A DNA stretch of 45,003 nucleotides from positions 1-45,003 of the IMG/VR virus record IMGVR_UViG_3300027986_000015, one strand, 5' to 3'. Positions 26,613 to 33,926 of the stretch are shown one piece after another (positions within the stretch are counted from its first letter, which is position 1; each line of letters starts with the position of its first letter). Under the pieces are notes generated by a model. That model was not told the DNA's origin. It made no database searches and worked only from the letters and a program-made list of their open reading frames with translations. The position numbers were made by a program, and so were the translations under genes. This DNA comes from a virus. Lineage: Duplodnaviria; Caudoviricetes.

Positions 26613-26618
26613 TATAGT

Positions 26619-26695
26619 TGGGGTATAGTGAAGTCCGGTAATCACGTCGTCCTTTGAAGTCGAAATCACAGGTTCAAATCCTGTTACCCCTGCCA
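26619..26695 (+). tRNA. tRNA-Gln (TTG)
   Basis: TGGGGTA acceptor, CTTTGAA loop, G73-CCA. Confidence 0.88.
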
Positions 26696-26699
26696 ATTT

Positions 26700-26755
26700 A
26701 GGTTACAAAACAGCATTAACTTTCTACTAACTAAGAAACCAAACTGTAACCTGTT
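26700..26755 (+). ncRNA. ACAGCA-stem RNA, copy 4
   Basis: AGGTTACA-AAACAGCAT...TGTAACCT-GTT. Confidence 0.7.
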
Positions 26756-26760
26756 TCAAT

Positions 26761-26836
26761 GTTCCTGTAGCTCAATCGGGAGAGCGCTGGCCTTACAAGC
26801 CGGAGGCAGTCGGATCGAAACCGACCGGGAACACCA
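26761..26836 (+). tRNA. tRNA-Val (TAC)
   Basis: CTTACAA loop, CCA. Confidence 0.92.
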
Positions 26837-26941
26837 AACTAGTGCCATGGATTGCCATGTGCCGGTGGAGTGGTCGGAGCTGTACCGTCCCTTCGCGACA
26901 CGGTTAATACCGTATACAGCAAGCCCTTAACTGGGCAACAC

Positions 26942-27018
26942 GCCGGGGTAGTTCAGATTGGTTAGAATACATCTTTGGTAAGGATGTGACGCGAGTTCGA
27001 TGCTCGCCGCTGGCACCA
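26942..27018 (+). tRNA. tRNA-Thr (GGT)
   Basis: CATCT TTGGTAA GGATG, CCA. Confidence 0.88.
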
Positions 27019-27024
27019 TATAAT

Positions 27025-27101
27025 TGCGGGTTGGAGAAGTCTGGTATCTCACTAGCCTCATAAGCTAGAAATCGCTGGTTCGAATCCAGCACCCGCAACC
27101 A
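27025..27101 (+). tRNA. tRNA-Met (CAT), initiator-like
   Basis: TGCGGG.../CCCGCA-A-CCA, purine 11 in D-stem; lacks the three consecutive GC anticodon-stem pairs. Confidence 0.85.
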
Positions 27102-27119
27102 ATTAATGAGAATTTGATT

Positions 27120-27527
27120 ATGAGTGAAACACTTTACGATACCGTCAAACGGATGCGACTTGATGCCCGAAAGGCTAAGAACACTGTGTCCACTACGGTA
27201 TTAGGCGTACTGCTAGGTGAACTTGACAAAGCGTCTGAAAAGGCCCGTAGTCAGTCGAAAGATTTCACCGATACAGATACCATTGGATTCGTCAAGAAAT
27301 TGATTCAATCCAACAACGATAGTTTGAAACATCGTGTGCAACCTTCGCTTATCGAGGAAAATGAAATCCTCGAAACTCTGTTGCCAAAACAGCTTACCGA
27401 AGAACAACTTCGTTCTATCATCGCTAAAAACGAACTATCCGGTGTTCCAGCCGTGATGCAATTCCTTGGTAGCAACTATCCGGGGCAGTTTGACAGGGCA
27501 CTTGCCGCGTCTATCGCCAGATCGTAA
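27120..27527 (+). CDS. YqeY/GatB-domain protein
   Basis: ARKAK.......L..LLGEL, EENEILE..LPKQL.EE.L..II, VMQFL. Confidence 0.8.
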   Translation: MSETLYDTVKRMRLDARKAKNTVSTTVLGVLLGELDKASEKARSQSKDFTDTDTIGFVKKLIQSNNDSLKHRVQPSLIEENEILETLLPKQLTEEQLRSIIAKNELSGVPAVMQFLGSNYPGQFDRALAASIARS

Positions 27528-27542
27528 TAGATCGATTCTTTT

Positions 27543-27570
27543 AAAGGGAGCCATCGGCTCCCTTTTTTAT
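27543..27570 (+). terminator. Intrinsic terminator
   Basis: AAAGGGAGCC ATC GGCTCCCTTTTTT. Confidence 0.8.
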
Positions 27571-27608
27571 TGCCTATAAATAATCAATATACCAAACATA
27601 GTGAGACA

Positions 27609-28496
27609 ATGATGGTTGATTGGAAAGTTAAAGCTGTTGAGTTGGCAAAACAGGATTACTCATGGAGAAAAATTGCGGAACTTGTCGGTAGACCAAAGTC
27701 AACTGTATCTGCGTTTCTTCGATCCGAATTTGGTAGTCCCGCCAAAGCAGCTAATGAAAAATTTGCGGTTCGAAAGTTAGACACCGCGACCGAGAATAAT
27801 GAACGAATTTTGATCATCAGTGATATGCATATTCCATATCAACATCCTGATGCCCTAGAGTTCCTTGCATACCTCAAAAAGAAATACAAACCCACCCGTG
27901 TAATTTGTACCGGTGATGAGTTGGACAAACATGCCTTGAGCTTCCATGATCATGACCCGGACCTAATGAGTGCCGGTGATGAACTGAAGAAAAGCCAAGA
28001 AGTGATCGCCAAGTTGTACCAAATGTTCCCGAGAATGGACATCATCGAATCTAACCATGGTTCGTTGGTATGGCGTAAGGCCAAAACCAATGGCATTCCA
28101 AAACATTACATTAAATCCTACAACGAAGTTTTGGGTGTTGGTCCAAGTTGGAAATGGTCGTTTGATCTTACCGTGAAACTACCGAATGGTCAGAATTGCT
28201 ACTTCCATCACGGCAAATCATCTAACGTGGTTCAACTAAGCCAGCAGATGGGTATGTGTGCCGTTCAGGGCCATTATCACAACACATTTAGTGTTGGGTA
28301 CTGGGGCAACGCTACAGGGCTCTACTGGGGCTTACAGGTAGGCTGTCTGGTCGATGATGATTCATTGGCGTTCAGCTATAACAACGTCAATATCCAGCGT
28401 CCAATTATTGGTACTGGGTTGATCATCAATTCAATGCCTATTCTGGAACCTCTTGTGATGGATTCCACTGGGCGGTGGATTCACAGGGTAAAATAA
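27609..28496 (+). CDS. Calcineurin-like metallophosphoesterase with N-terminal HTH
   Basis: SWRKIAELVGRPKSTVS (HTH); SDMH, GDELD, SNH, HHG, GHYH; late TATAAATA at 27575-27582. Confidence 0.85.
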   Translation: MMVDWKVKAVELAKQDYSWRKIAELVGRPKSTVSAFLRSEFGSPAKAANEKFAVRKLDTATENNERILIISDMHIPYQHPDALEFLAYLKKKYKPTRVICTGDELDKHALSFHDHDPDLMSAGDELKKSQEVIAKLYQMFPRMDIIESNHGSLVWRKAKTNGIPKHYIKSYNEVLGVGPSWKWSFDLTVKLPNGQNCYFHHGKSSNVVQLSQQMGMCAVQGHYHNTFSVGYWGNATGLYWGLQVGCLVDDDSLAFSYNNVNIQRPIIGTGLIINSMPILEPLVMDSTGRWIHRVK

Positions 28497-29003
28497 TTGA
28501 ATTTTATTGAAATGCTCCCCTTCCTAATAGAAGGGATTCACGGAACGTATGCTGGGGTTAGATTTGATCAGTATACAATCCGGGATCTTCGGCTTCTGCA
28601 AGAAACTTTGATGATCCCAAACCCTCTATCGGAACAGAAATTTCATAGCACATTGCTATTCAGTCGTAAACCCCTACCGGATTATGTTCCGTTCGGAGAA
28701 TACCCGGTAGCTCCTACTTCAAATACGAATCAATTCGAATTGACAGTGTTTAAGACCGCCAGTGGGAAAAACGCATTGGTTCTTAAATACGATTGCGACT
28801 TTCTATCATCTAGACATTCGGAATTAATGGAAACTCATGGCGGAACGTGGGATCATCCAAGCTACATTCCTCATATCACCCTTTCCTATGACATCGGCGA
28901 TTTCCCGATCCAGCTAGGGCCGGTTGGGTTTCTATCAGATAGGAAGATTGTGATTTCAACCGAATACTCAGATGATCTAGACCTTTCGTGGGGTAAGCAA
29001 TGA
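28497..29003 (+). CDS. acb1: gp57B / anti-CBASS Acb1 2H phosphodiesterase
   Basis: GTYAGVRF, FHSTLLFSRK, THGGTWDHPSYIPHITLSY (two HxT motifs). Confidence 0.88.
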   Translation: MNFIEMLPFLIEGIHGTYAGVRFDQYTIRDLRLLQETLMIPNPLSEQKFHSTLLFSRKPLPDYVPFGEYPVAPTSNTNQFELTVFKTASGKNALVLKYDCDFLSSRHSELMETHGGTWDHPSYIPHITLSYDIGDFPIQLGPVGFLSDRKIVISTEYSDDLDLSWGKQ

Positions 29004-29170
29004 TCGATCCAAAGGATAATTTGATCCAACCGATTCCAGAGGTTGTGATGCCAAAGCCTGTGATGCAGCCACCTGAATCTTACCAAGCCACCAGCAGTAG
29101 CTGGGATGTATTGGAGTACGTTGGCATCGGTTTAGAGGCTCTTGGAGATATTTTAGATATTTTTGACTGA
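29000..29170 (+). CDS. Small hypothetical protein
   Basis: ATGA-coupled; MIDPKDNLIQP...LDIFD. Confidence 0.45.
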   Translation: MIDPKDNLIQPIPEVVMPKPVMQPPESYQATSSSWDVLEYVGIGLEALGDILDIFD

Positions 29171-29255
29171 TTCTGTTTAGATTGGTCTGGAAACGTGGTA
29201 ATCTTGTTTCAAGTCAACGGCAACTGAGACTTGAAACAAAGCAACAACGCTTGAT

Positions 29256-29332
29256 GGTGGTTGTAGTTTAACGGTTAGAATGCTGGTTTGTGACACCGGC
29301 GATGATGGGTTCGATTCCCTCCAGCCACACCA
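29256..29332 (+). tRNA. tRNA-His (GTG)
   Basis: TTGTGAC loop, encoded G-1, A73 discriminator, CCA. Confidence 0.85.
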
Positions 29333-29351
29333 AATTTATTTTGAGGTAGAT

Positions 29352-29585
29352 ATGCTCATTAGTCGTGTAAACATGACTCAAATCGCAGTCGCTAATTCGT
29401 TGCGTAACATTCAGTTCAATGATCTTTTGAAACGGATTAAATACCGTGCAGAAGGTGGTGAGTTCTACCTTATCGAAGGCATCGGTGATGATCTGGTTGA
29501 ACGGCTACGTGCCCAACCATATTATTTCGTTGTTGAAGTTGATAAAGAAAATCCATCCGAGCCATGTAAGGTTCGCTGGGATTAA
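29352..29585 (+). CDS. Hypothetical protein
   Basis: GAGG RBS, 77 aa. Confidence 0.65.
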   Translation: MLISRVNMTQIAVANSLRNIQFNDLLKRIKYRAEGGEFYLIEGIGDDLVERLRAQPYYFVVEVDKENPSEPCKVRWD

Positions 29586-29694
29586 AAGTTTTTGATGCAC
29601 ACACGCTGACCTAGAGGTCTGTAAAGCCATGAATGGGATCGGGAAAGTGAAACCACCCCTCGAACATGGCATTGTCGTTGCATCATTTAGTTTC

Positions 29695-29754
29695 GCCGGG
29701 ATGTAGGTTCGATTCCTACCCGAAAGGTCGTCTACTATGGACTAGGACACCGGC
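29695..29754 (+). ncRNA. Minimal circularly permuted tRNA-elbow RNA
   Basis: GCCGG-GAT-[T-arm GTAGG TTCGATT CCTAC]-CC GAAA GG-TC-[D-arm GTCT...AGGAC]-A-CCGGC. Confidence 0.65.
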
Positions 29755-29760
29755 AATTTT

Positions 29761-29919
29761 TGGATACTGACAGCATCATTACTCAGCCCAAACCGCATAC
29801 ACCGGTTCGATCCCGGTACTGCGCCTGCCTAACCTTTATGGGATGGAGAACAGGGCAGTTCGTCTAGTGGTAGGACAGCGGTCAATCCCTATCGGCCTGA
29901 ACCGATACGGTATCCAGTT
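29761..29919 (+). ncRNA. ACAGCA-stem RNA, copy 5, with permuted tRNA module (Y RNA-like)
   Basis: TGGATAC-TGACAGCAT...T-arm (29801-29817), acceptor hairpin, D-arm (29862-29876)...GTATCCA-GTT. Confidence 0.75.
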
Positions 29920-29922
29920 TAT

Positions 29923-30043
29923 GTCGTTGTAGTGTAAGGCGCACGACTCCCCTGAAGGAGATAGTTGCTCCGCTCGAATTTCTGTACTGCTAGCGAGTAC
30001 GTTAAGAGGGTGGATACGGGTTCGATTCCCCACAATGGCACCA
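29923..30043 (+). ncRNA. tRNA-like RNA with 6-nt CCTGAA loop and very long variable domain
   Basis: GTCGTTG/CAATGGC-A-CCA, D-arm, CTCC CCTGAA GGAG, T-loop TTCGATT. Confidence 0.6.
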
Positions 30044-30064
30044 AATTTTGATATAAATAGTTTT

Positions 30065-30191
30065 AGGATGGTAACAGCAATTTAATCATTCCATTTAGAG
30101 GACGTACATTGGGGGTTCAAGTCCCTCACCCGGCACAATGAGTCGGGTTGGCGGAATTGGTAGACGCGCGTAGATAAAATTCCATCCTGTT
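30065..30191 (+). ncRNA. ACAGCA-stem RNA, copy 6, with permuted Leu-like tRNA module (Y RNA-like)
   Basis: AGGATGG-TAACAGCAA...GGGGG TTCAAGT CCCTC-ACCCGGC ACAATGA GTCGGGT-TG-GCGGAATTGGTAGACGC...CCATCCT-GTT; TATAAATA at 30052-30059. Confidence 0.78.
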
Positions 30192-30194
30192 TAT

Positions 30195-30272
30195 GTATCC
30201 ATAGCTCAGTTGGCAGAGCGGGCGTCTCTAAAACGCTGTTCGTCACGGGTTCGAGTCCCGTTGGATGCACCA
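30195..30272 (+). tRNA. Amber suppressor tRNA (CTA)
   Basis: Canonical cloverleaf, GGCGT CTCTAAA ACGCT, CCA. Confidence 0.88.
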
Positions 30273-30297
30273 ATTTTGAGATTTTGAGATATTGAAT

Positions 30298-30564
30298 ATG
30301 AATGATGATCTAATTGTGGATCTGGTGGAAGTTCTGTTATCCAGATCCGGTAATAGATTTCTTGTTAACGATGAACTCCGGTCAATATCGTTTTTCACTC
30401 CATATAGTGATAAAGTGGATTTATATTTTGTAAATCCGTCGCGAATTGGGGCTGGGTTTCAATGTATTGGGATATCCCGACAAGGAATCGCCGCGTTGAT
30501 TAAGCATCCTACGACAATGCTATGTAGAGATGATACAATCAAAGTCCCTAAATTTTATTGGTAA
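30298..30564 (+). CDS. Hypothetical protein
   Basis: About 88 aa ORF. Confidence 0.55.
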   Translation: MNDDLIVDLVEVLLSRSGNRFLVNDELRSISFFTPYSDKVDLYFVNPSRIGAGFQCIGISRQGIAALIKHPTTMLCRDDTIKVPKFYW

Positions 30565-30617
30565 TAAATAGCATGAAAGAATAGAAAGTTAGTTGTAACT
30601 GCAAATCATCGGATGTT

Positions 30618-30902
30618 GTGTACGGGATCTTTAATCCAGCTACCAACAAATTGCACCGGGTTTCATTCAGTCGTGGATTGATGGAATGGATCGTCGAGAG
30701 ATATCATCCAGAAATGGAATGTATCAAAATGCAGTTTACCCGAGGTAAGCGTCTGAATGGTGGGAACTCCAGTGGAGCTTATGCGATTGTCGGAACCTCT
30801 AAAGATGTGGTTCTCCGGGTTGCATTGAGAAAAGAACTCGCTGATATCTACACCGACAACCAATATCGTCACCAAGAAGAAATCTTTTTGGACCGAATCT
30901 AA
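30618..30902 (+). CDS. Hypothetical protein
   Basis: 94 aa ORF. Confidence 0.6.
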   Translation: MYGIFNPATNKLHRVSFSRGLMEWIVERYHPEMECIKMQFTRGKRLNGGNSSGAYAIVGTSKDVVLRVALRKELADIYTDNQYRHQEEIFLDRI

Positions 30903-30915
30903 TGAGTATTTGATT

Positions 30916-31338
30916 ATGTTATTTGAAATTCGTTCGCTTCCATCCGATCCTACTGTACGAAATAAAGTTCAATGGATCAAGGAATGCCGAGAACAAACTG
31001 GTCTTGGATTGCGAGAATCCAAAGACATTGTTGATTTCGCAATTGCGAATCTAAATGCATACAATCCTGCACTTCTCGACACTCACCGTTACCCCCAGTT
31101 CTCGTATATTGAGAAATGCCGTAGAATTGTATCCGGCCAATGTACATTGGTTCGAATGGTCAATCGTGGTAGCTTCATGCGCGAAGATCAGGAAGTTGAT
31201 CAAATTTTGACCAAAATTGGCGCGAAGATCAACAAGCCTTCGAAGAGTGCCGATGCGATGTTGAAGCAAACCGCAATCTCCTTGATTCGCGGTAACTATA
31301 TCCGGCAGGCCAAAGGTGTGCTTGATATTTTGATGTAA
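30916..31338 (+). CDS. Protein with ribosomal L7/L12 C-terminal-like motif
   Basis: NKVQWIKECREQTGLGLRESKDIVD resembles KIxxIKxVRxxTGLGLKEAKDLVE. Confidence 0.65.
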   Translation: MLFEIRSLPSDPTVRNKVQWIKECREQTGLGLRESKDIVDFAIANLNAYNPALLDTHRYPQFSYIEKCRRIVSGQCTLVRMVNRGSFMREDQEVDQILTKIGAKINKPSKSADAMLKQTAISLIRGNYIRQAKGVLDILM

Positions 31339-31341
31339 TAT

Positions 31342-31415
31342 GTCCGGTTGGCCGATTGGTTAGGTTGCGGATTGCAAATCCGCCTAAAGCAGTTCGATTC
31401 TGCTACTGGACTCCA
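31342..31415 (+). tRNA. tRNA-Cys (GCA)
   Basis: GCGGA TTGCAAA TCCGC, U73-CCA. Confidence 0.9.
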
Positions 31416-31421
31416 AATACT

Positions 31422-31507
31422 GCCCGAATGGTGAAATTGGTAGGACACAGGAGACTTAAAATCTCCCGCCTTCGGGCGTGCGGGTTCGACTCCCGCTTCG
31501 GGCACCA
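31422..31507 (+). tRNA. tRNA-Leu (TAA)
   Basis: GGAGA CTTAAAA TCTCC, variable arm, CCA. Confidence 0.93.
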
Positions 31508-31523
31508 AATAATAGGATGATTG

Positions 31524-31952
31524 ATGGTATTTTGGAAACGGAAATCGATTAATTTAGGTGATCAAAACGTCACCGAGCTAACGATATTGGAATGGAAGAA
31601 GCTTTTTAGCATCAAACTGTTCCATTTCCATCAAACATCCGGTGGTCAGGATAGATTTCATACACATTCTTTCGGAGCTTTTAGTTTGCTTCTGAAAGGG
31701 AACTATGTTGAAGAAATCATAATTGATCAAAAGATTGTAAAGCTCAATCGAAATAGAAGTCGATTGATCTATATCCCACGGGATGAATATCATCGAATCA
31801 CAAAAAGCGATGGCTGCCGCACCCTGCTTATCACAGGGCCGTGGAAATCATATTGGAAAGAATTGATAGAAGTCGGGGATGGCCGTTATCAAATGGTTGT
31901 TCTTGGTGAAGGTCGAGTACCAATCAGAGCAGGAAAGATTGTAACGCTATGA
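31524..31952 (+). CDS. Cupin-fold protein
   Basis: RFHTHSF..FSLLLKGNYVEE...YHRI...TLLITGP. Confidence 0.7.
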   Translation: MVFWKRKSINLGDQNVTELTILEWKKLFSIKLFHFHQTSGGQDRFHTHSFGAFSLLLKGNYVEEIIIDQKIVKLNRNRSRLIYIPRDEYHRITKSDGCRTLLITGPWKSYWKELIEVGDGRYQMVVLGEGRVPIRAGKIVTL

Positions 31953-32233
31953 ACGGTGCGATGAATCGAAGCGGTAGAGTCGAATCACCTTATTGGTTTG
32001 AATTTGATCGAACTGTTTTAGAGTGGCAGCAGCGAGAAGACGGCACATGGGTACATGTCCCTGTGGGTTCTAATCGATTGCGGGCTCAGGTGCTGACCCT
32101 ATCAATTGAAACAGGGAACATGCGGGTTCGGACCTTTGAGGTTGAAACCCAAGAACCCTTTGGAACCTTTGATATGAACATCGAAGAGTTTTATAAAAAT
32201 TTCGAGATTTTTAAGAAATCTCAACAGAATTAA
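31949..32233 (+). CDS. Hypothetical protein
   Basis: ATGA-coupled 94 aa ORF. Confidence 0.6.
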   Translation: MNGAMNRSGRVESPYWFEFDRTVLEWQQREDGTWVHVPVGSNRLRAQVLTLSIETGNMRVRTFEVETQEPFGTFDMNIEEFYKNFEIFKKSQQN

Positions 32234-32234
32234 T

Positions 32235-32321
32235 GCGGGTGTGATGAAATTGGCAGTCATGCATCACTCAAAATGTTGTGGTAGAAATACCGTGTCGGTT
32301 CGAATCCGACCACCCGTACCA
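32235..32321 (+). tRNA. tRNA-Leu (CAA)
   Basis: CTCAAAA loop, variable arm, CCA. Confidence 0.88.
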
Positions 32322-32438
32322 TCTTCGAGGTTGAGAACCAGTATTCCGCTGGGGAACGGCTTCAATGGTTCTAGTTAATTACTAGACGTTCCACTACGAA
32401 AATGTGATTATAGCGTAGCCCATAGCTTTCTATGGATA

Positions 32439-32477
32439 AAAAGGCCCAATTCGATTTTGATTGAATTGGGCCTTTTT
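32439..32477 (+). terminator. Intrinsic (possibly bidirectional) terminator ending the RNA island
   Basis: AAAAGGCCCAATTC...GAATTGGGCCTTTTT. Confidence 0.8.
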
Positions 32478-32545
32478 GCATTCTGTTTAGATTGACTTGA
32501 ATCTGTGGTACTATATGTGATAGACATCCGAAATTGAGAACATTG

Positions 32546-33052
32546 ATGGCATATGTATGTAATAAAACCCTTTACGCTGAAATGGTTGCATGGCAGGAAA
32601 GACGTGCGATAGATCCAGCCGCTGAAATGAGTCCTTTCATCGCAAATGCAATTCTGTTAATTGCTGATGGTTTGACCAAGATGTGGAAGTTTCAAAACTA
32701 TACATGGAAAGATGAAATGCGTGGGGATGCGATTGAAATTTGCTGCCGCTACCTGCACAAGTATGATACCCAATACAAAAACGTCCATGCCTATATTACC
32801 AAGACATGTGAACGGGCTTTCATCAATCGTTTGAAGAAAGAAAACAAACAATTGAGGGTCAAGTACAGATTCTACCTTGAGGCTATCCCAGACCTTGAGG
32901 AATTTGATGAAGATGGCAACCCGATGCAATTCGATTATTCGTTCTACCGCGATATGGGTGAAAAGCTCAAAGGCGAACCTTTCTCATATCAGAAGGGCAA
33001 AGACGAAGAAGAATCCGACGAACCAATAGGACTTAGTGAGTTTTTAGTTTAA
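32546..33052 (+). CDS. gp55: Late-transcription sigma factor gp55
   Basis: YVCNKTLY, IADGL...KFQNYTWKDEM.GDAIE, HAYIT..C..AFI.R.KKE. Confidence 0.92.
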   Translation: MAYVCNKTLYAEMVAWQERRAIDPAAEMSPFIANAILLIADGLTKMWKFQNYTWKDEMRGDAIEICCRYLHKYDTQYKNVHAYITKTCERAFINRLKKENKQLRVKYRFYLEAIPDLEEFDEDGNPMQFDYSFYRDMGEKLKGEPFSYQKGKDEEESDEPIGLSEFLV

Positions 33053-33109
33053 CAAGGGTGACTTTCACTTTGGTTTCTGCTATAAAAGAGAAACCTTTAG
33101 GAGAAAGTC

Positions 33110-33925
33110 ATGAATTACAAAACACATTATGATGCATTGATCCAATCGAGAAAGCTTCTTGGTCGTGTAAGGGGTCAATCGAATTACTGTGAACAACATC
33201 ACATCACCCCAAGATGTATGGGTGGTAGTGATAATCAAAGTAATTTGGTGATGCTTACCGCGAAAGAGCATTTTCTGGCACATAAGCTTCTGGTCAAAAT
33301 TTACCCAGATGTTTTTAAGCTGTGGTTCGCGATGGCTGTCATGATCGGGTCTGGTAAGTATGCAAATTACTCCGGTCGCAATTATGAAGCTAGAAAACGG
33401 ATTTCATCGGCGGCGTTTAAAACTTTGTGGGCTTGTCCAGAATTTAAAGCGAAAATGTCCAAGAAACACAAAGAAACATGGACAGATGATCGGAAAGGGC
33501 TTCACGCAATCCGTGTCAAAGATATGTGGGCCTGTCCAGAATTTAAAGCTAAAATGTCTGAAATTTGTACTGATAGATGGGCAGACCCAGAGTACAAATC
33601 GAAAATGCTTGATGCCAGACGTGAAACTATGGCGAGTGATGAATACCGGGAGACGATGAGTCTGATTAAGTCTGGTGAGGGGAATGGGATGTACGGTAGG
33701 AACCATTCCGAAGAAGCCAAACTGAAGATGTCTCTCAATCATGACTCGGAAAATACATCTAATCGGATGCTTAATAGTTGGGATGATCCAGACTTCAAAG
33801 CGAAGCGGTCGGCATCGATGAAAGGTATTCAGAAAAAAGAGCAAATTTGCCCCCATTGTAAATTTGTTGGGCGTGGTGGGAATATGATTCGATACCACTT
33901 TGATAATTGTAAGAGTAGAACTTAA
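33110..33925 (+). mobile_element. Free-standing HNH homing endonuclease (Mob-like) with NUMOD3-like repeats
   Basis: MNY..HY..LI, EQHHITPRCMGGSDN..NLV.LTAKEHFLAHKLL; repeated WACPEFKAKMS; GRNHSEEAKLKMS; YHFDNCK. Confidence 0.88.
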
Positions 33926-33926
33926 T

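Noticed and set aside
26908-26942. Seventh ACAGCA element (CGTATACAGCAAGCCC...GGGCAACACG)
   Set aside because: Only about 3 bp closing stem and no GTT tail; at best a degenerate copy
18607-30191. CRISPR array interpretation of the ACAGCA repeats
   Set aside because: Copies are dispersed, conserved in structure rather than sequence, lack regular spacers, and no cas genes are in the window
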